From Amoebidium appalachense (lineage: Eukaryota; Protista; Ichthyosporea), in NCBI GenBank assembly GCA_963693365.1, contig CAVNZM010000005.1:8201679-8265678 (forward strand): 64,000 nt of DNA, read 5' to 3'. Each line of letters begins with the position of its first letter. Position 1 is the stretch's first letter. Of this stretch, positions 18,191-51,778 are shown in pieces. Under the pieces are notes generated by a model. The model was not told the origin of the DNA and did not search any database. It saw only the letters and a list, made by a program, of their open reading frames with translations. The position numbers were made by a program, and so were the translations under genes.

Positions 18191-19075
18191 CTACGCATAG
18201 ACTGTGTGTGTGCCCACAAATGCCTCCTGCACCGCTGTCCGCATGTGCTGCCTCTTGTCCGTGTAGGGGTGGTACTGTGAGGCCACGGTACGGTTAGGGG
18301 CCCTGGTCACCAGGTCAGCCCTCCTCGCCTCTTTGACCTGCGCGTAACACGGTGTGTTTTGTGCTGATGGTGTGTATGTGTATGAAATGGGTGTGTGTGG
18401 CTGCAATGCTGCCCCGACGTCTCCAAACAGCATCCAGTCCGGTGTGGCTGCCACTGGGCTCGCACACGACTGCACACTGCAGACTGTGGGCACGGGCCGG
18501 CCGGCCAGCACGTTGAGATTGAGCACTACCAGGATCAGCTGCTGCGACACGCTGTAGTCGCAGCCAGGCCGCCTGCTCGTGTCCGTGTACCAAGCCGCCC
18601 ACTTCTGGAAGGTGGGCGTGTCCACGTGCATGCTGAAGTGCATGGTGCGCATAAGCACGAGCTCTATCTTGTTGAGCACGCGCACAGGCACAAGGCCCCA
18701 CTTTGCCCAGTCCCTGTTGAGAAACACCTCGTCATCGCAGTACTTGGACGCCAGCAGCAGGCAGCCCAGAAACAGACAGTGCGAGCACGCAAACGGGTCC
18801 ACGGTTGTGTCCGTGTCTGTGCGTGTGCTGTGCATGGCCTGCTTGTTTGCGCGATAGCAGTAGATGAGGCTAACAAGGAACACGCTCTTGGTCACATCGC
18901 CCTTCTGCAAGAGCTCGCGCACATACTGGCTGAACGGCACCTGGTGGTGGTTGTGCGCACACGGCCGCCGAAGATGTGTTAGCGTCAGTTCACACATGTT
19001 TGCCGTTGACCTAATGGACGTAAATGCAACAGAACGCGGGTGCACTGAAACCGGACTCGGATGTTCGTGGGACAT
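18191..19075 (-). CDS. PHO80/PCL-like (U-type) cyclin, single exon; start ATG at 19075 or 18997
   Basis: Cyclin box FSQYVRELLQKGDVTKSVFLVSLIYCYR...HCLFLGCLLLASKYCDDEVFLNRDWAKWGLVPVRVLNKIELVLMRTMHFSMHV, matching the PHO80-family pattern A(S)KyxDD...N..WA..gG.....LN.lE. Confidence 0.88.
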   Translation of the reverse strand: MSHEHPSPVSVHPRSVAFTSIRSTANMCELTLTHLRRPCAHNHHQVPFSQYVRELLQKGDVTKSVFLVSLIYCYRANKQAMHSTRTDTDTTVDPFACSHCLFLGCLLLASKYCDDEVFLNRDWAKWGLVPVRVLNKIELVLMRTMHFSMHVDTPTFQKWAAWYTDTSRRPGCDYSVSQQLILVVLNLNVLAGRPVPTVCSVQSCASPVAATPDWMLFGDVGAALQPHTPISYTYTPSAQNTPCYAQVKEARRADLVTRAPNRTVASQYHPYTDKRQHMRTAVQEAFVGTHTVYA

Positions 19076-19443
19076 ACGAGTGGCTCGTTGGATGTACAAT
19101 TAACTATCGTGATTGTGCACCAATTATATGTTGAATTCAGTATCCTCTTGGCAGGGCTTCGCCAGCCGCGGCGCCGCCCCACGGCTTCCGTCACCCATCC
19201 TCATCATAGCAGGTGAACGTTGCAGTATGCCATGCACTCATGCACGTGTCCTCAGTCTCCTCAAAAGTCTTCAATCAAAAACTTGTGCCTCTATATCGAA
19301 CCATAGGCCTTTATTTCCAGAAGTTAATTTAGCATATGCTGGATTAGAGCTAGTCGAGGTCATGTACATGTTTGACCAATCAGTGAATACACAGTTGAGG
19401 TGAGTTATGCCGACAAATTAGGGATTATACAACCGTAATGACG

Positions 19444-19511
19444 ATTGGATCCCTGCAAACTGAGGAGCGATCTGATTGGGTTACCTACAAATTATTTGGG
19501 AGCCTGATTGG
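19444..19511 (-). promoter_or_regulatory. Three CCAAT boxes (NF-Y/HAP-like) upstream of the cyclin gene
   Basis: ATTGG starts at 19444, 19475 and 19507 (spacing 31 and 32 bp), in the sense orientation for the minus-strand cyclin, ~370-440 bp upstream of the ATG at 19075. Confidence 0.5.
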
Positions 19512-20448
19512 CGCAATGAGAACTCCGGACAGTGGGGGTTTATACTCTTCGTAGATTTACAGAAAAGACTGTCAAACGCTGGTGACTTCCTTTTGGTACA
19601 TTATAAGTACAAAAACACAATTAATACTACTAATTATATGTAAAATAATATTATATGTGATAAAAATGACATCAAAAGCTTTTCCTGCGGCCAAATTATC
19701 TTCATGTTATGTTGTTGTAACTGTTTTCGAGGACATAAATTAAGAATAGAGCCCCATAGATACGTAGATTCGCTGACCGGGAAACCATTGGTTGAATTTT
19801 TCAACTATCCAGAGTAGAAAGATCTATAAATGATTTAGCAACGAATCGATTTGCTGTTAGAACGTCTAGTAACCAAAAGTGGTTAACTGTTGTGTAGTTG
19901 TACTAATCATCATAAGCCAAAAAAAGATAGATGTAGGTCAGATCCTGTGGATAGCAAGGCCAGGGCAGGCCAATCATACAGGCGAATCTAACTTGCCAGG
20001 AAAGTTTGTGCACGAAGTTCATCTTGCCAGATCCGGAGGGCGGCGGCAGGCCAGGATCCGAGTCACACGTGCACGTGGCACAAAGAGAGCAACTTGATGC
20101 GCAGACGCACCATGAACAAGCACGTGCATGTTTTGCCGAGGCCTGCGACCGCCTTTTTAGCCATCATGGGCATCACAACCATGTCTACTGCATATGCGCG
20201 AAAGGAGATGCAAACGTGTGCTGTATTTAATACCAAACCGCTGCAATCCGCGGCGTTTCTGAAGGCCCTCCCTCGTGTCATGCAACGTGCTTGACTCCCT
20301 GAACACGCACACACGCACACACTCACACGCTCGCACACGTACGCACAACACCGAAGAATATTACACACAACACGCTCTCATTCACGCGCGCACACACACA
20401 CGTGTACACGTGCGCGTACACACGTGTACACGCATGCGCACGTGTCAA

Positions 20449-20804
<356 letters not shown>

Positions 20805-21913
20805 CTACATAGACTGTGACATGACGAATGAGGATCACACCATGCTTGGCCACAACCGGTAGACCGAGTTTTTTTTTTATTAGCTGTGCTGTACACCATA
20901 TATACTAGAGGCATGCCCATGGCCATGGCCACTGCATCGATCCATATATGCAGACGGTGTAGGGGTGATTTATACAGGCATGCTCAGCCTGTCTGTTGTA
21001 TGAGTCATGCAGGGAATATGATGCGTGGCTGCAGTTGTGTGAGCTCTGCACGGCATGTCAGAGATTTTGTGTGTTCTTCTGCACGGCATGTCTGACCGTA
21101 GAGACTGAACGATTATGCACGCGTACGGTATGCAGGGAATGTGTATGCGACTGTGAATGAACGGTTATTCAGGGAATGTGTATGCGACTGTGAATGGACG
21201 GTTATGCTGGGCCCGGGAATGTGTGTGCAACTGTGCCGCGTACTGCACGCCGACGGTGTGTGCGTGTGTGTGACAGTGTGTGGCCGTGTGAGTTACGCCG
21301 CGGGTGCGTATGATAGTGAGTTCTGCACGGTGTGCACACGTATGTGACAGAGCACGTGTGAGTTAATTATGCACGGTATGTACGTGTGACAGAGTCCATG
21401 ATGATCAATTATTGTTCCGCAACAATAATTTTCCACGATATGATTCAGAAAGCCAGCCTGGCCCTTCAAGTTTATTGCCTGCCGGTAGCTGGGTGCAGAC
21501 TGATGCAGACGACACCCGGCTGTGTCCGCAGACACACACCGTGACGGCTAGTTTGTGGCCCCATGGGCAGTACTTCATTCATTCAGAACAGAAAAACAGT
21601 GACCCACATGACGGACCAATGCAACTACCTGAGTCAGACCATGACAGGCATCTTTCCCAACGCGACAGCGTTTTGTGGAATAATATGTGTGGGTGTGCCA
21701 ACCATACATCTGTCTGTGTAGGTGTGGGTGTGCAAACCATACATCTATCTGTGTAGTGTGGAGCTATAGTGTGGGTGTGAAAACCATACATTCGGTGGCA
21801 CCATTGTTGTGCCCCAGATTCATACCATAGCCCATCCCAAAACAAAGCACTGCAACAACAAACCAAACAAAACCACGAATGGGCCCTCAGGTCGGCCACT
21901 GCCCGTGTGGGCC

Positions 21914-29116
<7,203 letters not shown>

Positions 29117-29589
29117 CCTTGTGTTGTATGCCTAGTTGAGACGCTGGAAAGTAGAAGGCTGAGTGCTTACGCCTGTGCGAAAACTAGCCCCCAGCCTCTT
29201 GTGTATGTCCGTAGAGTTAGATGGTAGTGGTAGCCAAAATCTCGTGATAATGTTCCGGACAACCTCGAACCACCGCATGCAACTGTAGCTAGAGGCGCTC
29301 CGAGCCTCCGAGTCAAGCACTGCCAGAGCAGTCCATGGGTTGCAAACTGTACATGTGGATGCGAAAGTCACAGGTAGTCTAAGTCGTGCACTAAACAATC
29401 GTAGCGCACACGCTACAATACCATAGTGTGTGATGTCATAGACTCTAGTCTTGTCTGTTTGCGCAGCCTCCTCCCCTTGGGCGGGAAGCTTCGTCACAAC
29501 AGCGCTGCTCTGTTGTGAGCAGTTGCAGTTCACAACAGAGTTCAGAGTGGCTTCCAATAACCCCATGGCAAGACGCAGTAATCTACTCA

Positions 29590-29870
29590 CTAAACCTGCG
29601 TGGGGTGCTCCACGCCACCCTGTCCTTCTTTCAGCCACCCCATATTCACAGCGCAGTAACTTTGCAGCACCACCCCTCTGAGAAGGCACACGTAGTCGCT
29701 TGCCCAGCCAACGACACCTTGTGGCTGCGAGGCGGCTGCCCAAAGTGCCCAGGCTTGCTGCCTTCAGTTCAGTGCCAATCCTTGTACCGGTGTTGAACAT
29801 GCTCTTTCTCATCACTAAAGCCCACGGACACAATCCAAGCTTGGTGGGCACAAGCGCAAGCACACAGTAA
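29590..29870 (-). mobile_element. Possible degenerate 3' fragment of an RTE-like non-LTR retrotransposon ORF
   Basis: The translation RIGTELKAASLGTLGSRLAATRCRWLGKRLRVPSQRGGAAKLLRCEYGVAERRTG resembles the post-RT motif RLRWLGHVLRM...R..K.LL.GE...R..GRP of RTE LINEs; recognised by eye only. Confidence 0.35.
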
Positions 29871-30500
29871 ACGGGTATGTCAATACAAACCTTCCCACAC
29901 GGCGCAGATCATCGCCGTAACACACGAGAAAAAACGATCTGTCCCTCCTCCCTCATCTAACCCCCCCACCCCCCCTCCGCCTACCCCAACCCCGTCTGCC
30001 TGCCGCCGATCGCGCAGTTTTCTCCCCCAGTGGCTGTGTGCACTTTTCGGTGGCAAAACTTAACGCAAGGAACTCCTTTTTAACGGGGGGGAAACACTTC
30101 TGAGCAGTTACACTGGCGGGATGGAGCTCACGCAAGTTTTTCGTTGGGTAGGCTGTTGTTTTTTTTTTAGGGGGAAGTAGGGAAGTGAGGACGATATATT
30201 GTCGGGTGAACGTGAGAGAGGGCGGTTAACTGGGTAGAGATTGAAGGGTGTGGGTGTATGTATTTGGTTTGGGGGGCGGCGGGGGGGGGGGGGGGGGGGG
30301 GGGGGGAGAAGGGGAGGAGTGAGGGGAGGGGGGAAGGGGGGCAGCTCTGTAGGTAGGCAAAAGAGTGGCATGAGAGGGAGTGATGAGCAGGTCTGGTTGG
30401 GTTTGGGCACTGTAAGGCACGGCAATGGTTAGTGCGTGGAACATGGGGGGGTTGTGTGAGTGTGGGGGGAAAACGGGAGGGGGGAAGTTTTTTTTTTTTT

Positions 30501-30545
<45 letters not shown>

Positions 30546-30689
30546 GGGGGAAGGGGCTGATTGCATGATTAGTTGGGATGAAACTTGGCGCAAAATGGAA
30601 GTCAAAGGAAAAGTCGGGAAGTAAGTATGGGCGTGCAGGATGATTGGTTTGTTAGTCGGTTCGTAGGGGGTCCTTTATTTAATATGTGA

Positions 30690-31001
<312 letters not shown>

Positions 31002-31233
31002 GGGGGTTGGGAGGGGGACGGGGTGGCGGAGGGAGGTTTCTATGGCTAGAAAAAGCAAGAGATGTAGAGATTTTGCGGGGAGTGTGAGCAAAGAAGGCCG
31101 AAGGGGATGCGACATGTGGTTTGGCAAGGGGAGGGGGAACAGTTTTCCGGGATCCTCTTTGCGAGGTAACACGTTGATCGATGGGTAGGCCAGGTGGTGG
31201 CACGTCACGGTCGGGGAGCGTGTGAGCGTATGT

Positions 31234-31278
<45 letters not shown>

Positions 31279-31437
31279 CTTAAATTTGATATCTCCCCCC
31301 CCCCCCTTGGGGGGAGGGTCAGAGGTTGGATTTCCCATACAGTAGTAACGGAGTAGTGACCCGACAGATAAGGGAAAGGGGTTGGGGTGGGGTGGGCCCC
31401 CTTGTTTTTTTTTTTCCTTCTTTTCTTTTCCAAATGG

Positions 31438-31473
<36 letters not shown>

Positions 31474-32654
31474 GGATAAAGTTTGTAGGTTCGACATCGG
31501 AAAGACCAATTTGAAATTTACACAAGGCCGGCACTAGTGCGGACACTGCAATTGTCGCACAAAATCGATGTACAAACCCCCAGGACAAAAGCACCGCTAT
31601 TCAGCCATGATAGAAAGCAAGCCCACCAGGCCAACGTTTATAATGTCTGAACAGTCCACCGGCCGGTCCGGGAAGCAACACTGATGCACGTGGCATAGGG
31701 TGGATACGTATACAGGTTGGTTGCCACCGGGATAGTTTCTGCCACGGTACCCTGGCCTCAGCGGAACTCACTTAGAAAATACAAATCCCGCTTAATATTG
31801 TTTGCAACCTCAGCGGTTCCACTGCAAAGCAGTGAGCTACTACATTATACCTCTGCATGGCCTCCTATTAACCAGTGAAAGGCGCAATTGATTCTTGATG
31901 GTGCTGCTGGGGACATGTTCTGTGTGCAAGCGCTTCAGGGAAACGTTGTGACAACACCTGCACACTCTTCGAGGCAGTATATAGCTTGGCCGCATGTACT
32001 GCTCAGTGATTGGACGGGCATCTTATCATGTGGCCATGCATACCCTCGGGTAGAGAGCTCTAGAAGGGGGGGGGGGGGGGGGGGGGGGGAGGGCATGGGG
32101 GGACCTCAGCTTGCAAGTACCCAAGGAAAGGAAATATACTCTCTCGAAGGAAAAACAAAATGCATGACCAACCACGTTCCACTTTATCGCCCACATCCCA
32201 GGTACATAGTGCGGCGTTCAAAAGAAGGATATTGAAAAACACTTTTCACAGTAGTAACAGTGTTGGGAACAAATTCACGCCGAACACTGGAAAAAATCGA
32301 GTCACTTACGAGAGAAAAAAGGTGCTCAATTTATTTTCCAATACGTCATCTGTGGTGTGGCCGATAACATCATATTTCCAGGAAATAATTATAATTACTT
32401 AGCCGGGTCAAGTGCTGCCCAGCTGGTAACTCAAGCCCCAACAATGAGGGTTCACTATGTCCTATATCCGTATATATATATATATACATATTTACTATGT
32501 TCGAGATGCTAATTATGTAAGCATATAAACTAAATGACAGTAGATATTGCCGTGGTTCTACAGGATTATTTTTATTTTTATAAAGGAATTTGTAAAGGAA
32601 TAAAAAACTTATTATATAAAGATAAAAAATATATGTTCAATTGGGGCAGCTGGC

Positions 32655-45843
<13,189 letters not shown>

Positions 45844-45983
45844 CTGTGGGGCTCAAGGTTCAGTCAGTGTGAGCATGCACCGTGACACAAACGGTTGCTG
45901 TGAACAACCATTGTTTCAAAGACCCTTCATCAGAGGTTTGCCAATAATTTGGAATTGAAGCGGACCCCGGTGAGGGAGGGTGT

Positions 45984-46014
<31 letters not shown>

Positions 46015-46579
46015 GGGGGGGGGATATAAAAAGGGGTACTTGAAAGTGGAATGGACTCGAGGAGGTAGATATGGATGCAGCAAAAGGAAACATCACAGCA
46101 TGAAAGCAGAGTGGATTAAAGTCTAGCGGATCGCGTAGACCTGATCTGTACCGGAGGCAAGGCAAAGCACTCACTTTTCTGTGACTCCCAGACAGTTTGA
46201 TTTTGCACGTATGTTTCTGGTTATACTTCCCTAGAATATAGAAAATACGCGAACAATGTAACTTAAAGTCATAAACTGCCAATATCTCGAAAAGCCAACC
46301 GTTTGGGCACCTTTAGTACACTTTTGATGAGCCGAACGTTTTCGGATTTTATTGCGACATCTCCCTATACCTATCGATATTAGTTTCAACGGACCCAGTA
46401 TTTTTAGCCGCAGTGTTACAGGTGTTGATGCGACTGAGATGATGTCTGAGCATGCCCACAACTACAATGTTCCAACTGTGCCTAAAATCAGTCCCAACTG
46501 TCACACACCGTGAAGATTGAGCTATGCTCCATGAGAGTACTGTGCCATCATGTGACCTTTTGCTGACAAACTTCCTGCT

Positions 46580-46674
46580 GGCCTGGCTGCGCAGATATGA
46601 CTCGGATCCGTGAGCTTGGCTCCCTGGGTCAGGCTGCGGATGATGGCCATGATGCACATGTACACAGTGAACAT
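46580..46674 (-). CDS. Candidate first (signal-peptide) exon of the PAN/EGF gene: MFTVYMCIMAIIRSLTQG-AKLTDPSHICAARP
   Basis: ATG followed by a short hydrophobic stretch and a small-residue cleavage-like site, in the right position and orientation. I could not resolve the splice path to exon 45843. Confidence 0.35.
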
Positions 46675-48161
46675 CCCAACCCAGTGAGGCTGCCGCAGAT
46701 GATCGTGGGCCCGGCATTCTTCGAGAGCACGGCCGGCGTGCTGGGCACTTGGATTTGAGCGTCTCATGTCATTGAGCGCTATATATATTATTGTAGCTCT
46801 GCTAGAGCGGAGACATGAATGAGCTCGAGTAAGTGCGCAGATATCGATCAACCAAAATTTGCGTGTCTACCACGTGTTTTTGAATAATTTAAAGAACCCG
46901 GCGCATGTCCAGTTATAGATTGGTGGAATCGACAAACTCATGGTGACAGCAGTGCCATATATATCATGGGTGTATGAAGTCTCAGTAGCGGGTCTATGCA
47001 ACAACATTCCAGATCATCCGAGTTTATTGGGCTACATTCCTGAGTGCGTGCTCGGTTAGCCCTACGGATCCAAACGGGCCCGAAGGCACCCTCACTTTTT
47101 TTTTTTTTGGCGCGAATTCCGGGTGTGCACACTGCAGCTGCCATGACACTGATGATCATGTCAGGGCCTGTGACATGCACGGTCACCGCAATGGTGCGCA
47201 TTACAGACCCATATAGCTTTGACCGTCTGGGGTGCCCTGACTGTCAGACTGATCGACACTCTGCCAGCTGATCATGAGTAAAAAAAATTTCCCTGCATAA
47301 TCAGGTACGATAGGATCCCTCAGACGCTGAGGGATGCGCCGCGTACTTCGCTAATAAATCTCCATCCGCGCCCCTTGCCTAAGAAAACAAGGGCCTCACC
47401 GCCATCGAGGCCAATTGAAAGTTGAGCCGTGGCCGTCACTTTGACGAAGGTCTAGCTATAGCGGGCTGGCGGCGGGTTCCTCTACTGAGTGCAGCCACTG
47501 GCAGTCGACTGCAGCTGGCTGCTTTTGCCCGAGGTGTTCAGCAAAACTTTCGGTGGCACTGATCGAGTGGCCACTGGTCGAGCCCTGACTACTATCTATG
47601 TATGCACTGCAATACGCAGAGTACTTCTTTATTAATAATTCAAGTAGTCAGTGTCCCTAATCCGACGGGGGAGCCGCGAGTCCGATGGTAGCACTAGTAC
47701 TGCCAGCTCGCATGCGCAGCCTGAAGTTCACTACTCAGCTGCAGGCTAGCTAGCGAAGTGCAACGGAAGACTCTCGACTCTGGCATATTATTATACTTAG
47801 TGAGTGCCAAGTGACCGTCGGACAAAAAGATTTGAAATGTGAGGCTGTATGTGTCACTGTGAGTGCAACGTGCACACACAGATATAAGGCTTTCAAACTT
47901 ACCATGATGTAGTCACTGACTAATGTGATAAGGCCACACAATGATTTAATACATGCCATTAGTATGGCACACGACGCATACGGTGACCCAGTGCCACGGA
48001 CCGTCTTCCAGACTTACTACACATGTACAAACAGCGGCTTGTGTGCACATGTCACCGTGAGCTCGTCGCAGCAACCGTGGCTGGTACCGGTCCACGTGTA
48101 TTTGGCAGTTCCACTACCTGCGGTAGTACTACTGGTGCACGTGACTCTGGCCTAAGTCTAA

Positions 48162-50511
48162 TCTATTATATCTCCGTGGCCGGCGGCGGTCACTGCATAA
48201 AGCAGTGACAAATAAATAATGTCGCTTGGGCCCGTTGCGGTAGTTACTGTATGTAGGCTATTTCGGAGTTCTCCTTTCAGTTAGCAGATTGATTCTGCTT
48301 TTGCTCGACTCGCTGCTTTTAGCAGATCTACGGATTCCGCTTTGAACTTTTGCAGAATAGTCTGCTCGGAGTTAATTAGTTGCAATTTACTTAGCCGATG
48401 TGGTTGGGCCCTCGCGAGATCGTAGGCTACACTGTGACACCGGGCACGCACTACATGTGTCACCCGGTCCGACACATACGGTACGCACACTTCTTTATGT
48501 ACAGTCAGTGTGAATCCTGTGTGACACACTGTGCACTGTACAACTTGTGTGTGACACGCACACACACACACCGTGACACCCACCCACCCACCCACCAACA
48601 CACACACACGGGGGCCGGGTTGCTGCAATGGTAAGATCTCTGCGTGTCAAGCTCCGAATCGCAGGATCGATCCTGGTTACTTCCGATTTGTGTCTGCTCG
48701 ACGGTCCACCGGTCTGGCCGCCCCCTAGAAGCCATCACCCCAGACCACGTACACCAATTTGTTATCATCCGGCCGCAAGACATGACGTCATGAACAGCCC
48801 TCTGACGTCGACGGCGCGCCGCTTGGGCATCCCGGCCCAACGTTCAAGTGGGAGACCAGTCCGAGTCACCGGCCACGGTTCGGGTCAGCGTCCTGGGCAT
48901 GGGGTTTTCCCTTTCAAGTCTTTATGTTTGTGTATGTGTCCCGGGTCGCTCCCGGCTGGTGTTGTTAAAGTGAGCTGTGCTCACTTCCCCACTAGCGTTG
49001 CTGCGGCTAGAACCGTGGGATAAAGGCGTAACTAAAAATAGTGCCAGTTGGGGTCGATTAGAATCCTGACATAGTATGAATGTGCTATACAGTACGATCT
49101 GTGTCTAGGCGGAAGACGGTAAGCTCCCCTGAGGCAGTGCCTCGCTGGGAGTGAAACGGGATAAATAAAAATAAACACACACACACACACAGACACACAC
49201 AGACACACACACACACACACACACAAACGCACACACACACACACACACACACACAACGCAGGGTTGGGGTAGGTTTGGGTGGGGTGGGAGTGGGGTGGGT
49301 GGGTTGGGGGGGGGGGGGGGGGGGGTAAAGATCAGACTCTTGAATCGCCTAGGCGAAAAATAACGGTTGCCTCACTGAGGAGGGTAACCGTTATTGAGCC
49401 AGAAAATTTCAGTAGACAAATGACTTAGTGGAATGCCCTCAGTCACATTCACTAAGGATAGTATTCAAACTCTGTGTATCATCAGTCAGCCTGAGGGCCT
49501 TGAAAGTTTTACCTTACTAACTCAGCGGCAAATGGATCTCGAGGCTTGGAGTGCTATAGTAACACCATCCCCGGGTGCCACGTTATGAATAGATCATGAA
49601 TTCTGGGTTTTTTTATATGCCGTGACTATGCCTGTCAGTGATAGCCTCTGTTTGCGGTAGTGCCTACCCGATCAAGCTGAAAGGATGAAGTGTGGGTACT
49701 TAGCAGCTACCACTCGCTTGGTGGTAGATGGGATATCATCGATAATTGCCGTTGTGGCCGTTGCCGCAGCACGGTGCGTTTGTGTGTGCCGGCACGCAGG
49801 GCCAGGAGGCATGATGTCTCAGTGGGGGGAGGGAGGGAAGCCTTGGTGGGGGAGGCGTCGGGGTGGCAGGGCCTTAAGGGGGCTTATGTAAGGGGGGGGA
49901 GGTGGGGGGGGGGGGGGGGGGGGGGGGGATACGGTGGAATAGCCCGCGTCGCCCAAGAAAAACTTGACATAAACTTTGAGTGGTCCGACCTAGTTATTTT
50001 CAGTTTCTGGCAGTTATCAGTGAACGGCCCCGCGGCGGCCGGTTTGGAAATCCGATTGAATCATCTGACACGGTGCAAGTGAAAGGATCTCCGAAGTTGA
50101 ATGATACCGGCGATGTCGAATTCGACGTAACTTACGATCGCCGGTATCATTCAACTTATCATCGGAACCGTTGTAATCTTATTCATACCTGTACTGCTCA
50201 GGTTGTAGCACGCCGGCCCCGGCCGAGCGGGGACCTTGGGGATCCTCCGGGAGGGCAATCTATAAAAAGTCACATAGTATCAGTAAGTTAGGGTATAAAT
50301 AGACATAGTACTACTGCAGGGCACACTAACGGCGGTTTGAACAATGCCATGCCCCGCTGGATGTCACGCCGCATTGCCGTGTGTGTCCTTGCAAGCCTTA
50401 CCGACAGTGTGTGTGTGTGTGTGAAAAAGTGCGAGTGTGTGTGTGTGACAAAGTGTCACGGCGTGTCGGTACGCGCGCGATACAGTGTGTGTGTGATGCA
50501 AGGGCCTGTGT

Positions 50512-50543
<32 letters not shown>

Positions 50544-50582
50544 CACATGTGTCACAGTGTCACAGTGTGTGTGTGTGTGCGT

Positions 50583-50651
<69 letters not shown>

Positions 50652-51106
50652 ACGTGCCACGGTGTGTGGGTGGGCACGTGTGTGTGCGTGTGTGTGTGTG
50701 TGCGCGCGTGCACGCCGCGGCAGTGCGTACGGTGTGTGTGTGTGTGTGTGTGAGTGCGTAAGTGTGTATGTGTGTGTGTCACGTGTGCCAGGGTGTGTGC
50801 GTGTGTGTCAAGGCGGGCATTGATGTTTCACGGTGTGTACATGTGTGTCACATGGCGCTCGGGGGTGGGGGTGGTGGTGGTGGGCGGGGTGGGTGGGTGG
50901 GTGTGGGGGGGGGGGGGGAGGGGGGATGGGAAGCCGGGGAAAGGGGAGGCCCTGGATGGGGAGGGAAACGGGGGGAAAGGGGGGGGCCCGGGAGGGGCCG
51001 GGGGGGGGGGGGGGGCTAGTTTTCAAGGCTTTTAAGTTTTTTGGGCGGAGGGAGAGGGGAGGGGGGCACGACTGATTATCTCTGTCAGTCACGGTGGCTG
51101 GTGTGT

Positions 51107-51180
<74 letters not shown>

Positions 51181-51667
51181 GGGGGGGGGGAAGGGGGGGC
51201 CGGGCGGGGTAAGAGTATAATATGAGCAACTTCACTGCAGGTTAGTGACGACGGCCCCTTGATAATTAAATGATTTTGCTCAAATAAGCCAAACAAGTTG
51301 AGTGTTTCTAGTACGCTCATGCAAATTGGGAGATGGCGGGGAGTTATTAAACTTTTCTACGGGATATGTATTGGAGGTCCCGAGGCTATTAGGCCAAAAA
51401 ATACCCCATTCAGGAGGATTCGTGGGGGAGGGGACTCTCCGAGGGGGGGGAAAGGGGCTTGGGGCAGAGAACGGTGGCATCCTGCAGCTAGGTGCAGGAG
51501 GTGTGTGTGGAGGAGAGGCAGAGTCTTAGAAAGAGAGAAAGGGGGGGCCGGAAGGGGGGGGGGGGGGACTGAGGGCAAGAGAAAAGAGGGGGGGGGTGAG
51601 GGGGAGCGAGAAAGAGATAAGGATAGTTAGTAGACATGGGACGGTGGGGGATGCACCGAACTACTAG
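48162..51667 (+). mobile_element. Putative non-autonomous Helitron (~3.5 kb)
   Basis: 5' end A|TCTATTATAT; 3' hairpin CGGTG-ggggatg-CACCG (51642-51658) followed by CTAG|T (51664-51667); gene-free interior with gtgtgacac/gtgtcaca-type microsatellites. The pairing of these two ends is inferred. Confidence 0.45.
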
Positions 51668-51733
51668 TAGTTCAAGCTGGTGTGATTCGTCGGCCCGGTT
51701 GGTTGAATTTTGGCGGCAAAGGAAGGGGTGGGT

Positions 51734-51778
<45 letters not shown>

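Noticed and set aside
45880-46415. Possible MITE ending in ...tttttagccgcagtg
   Set aside because: The interior looks transposon-like, but I found no matching left TIR or TSD.
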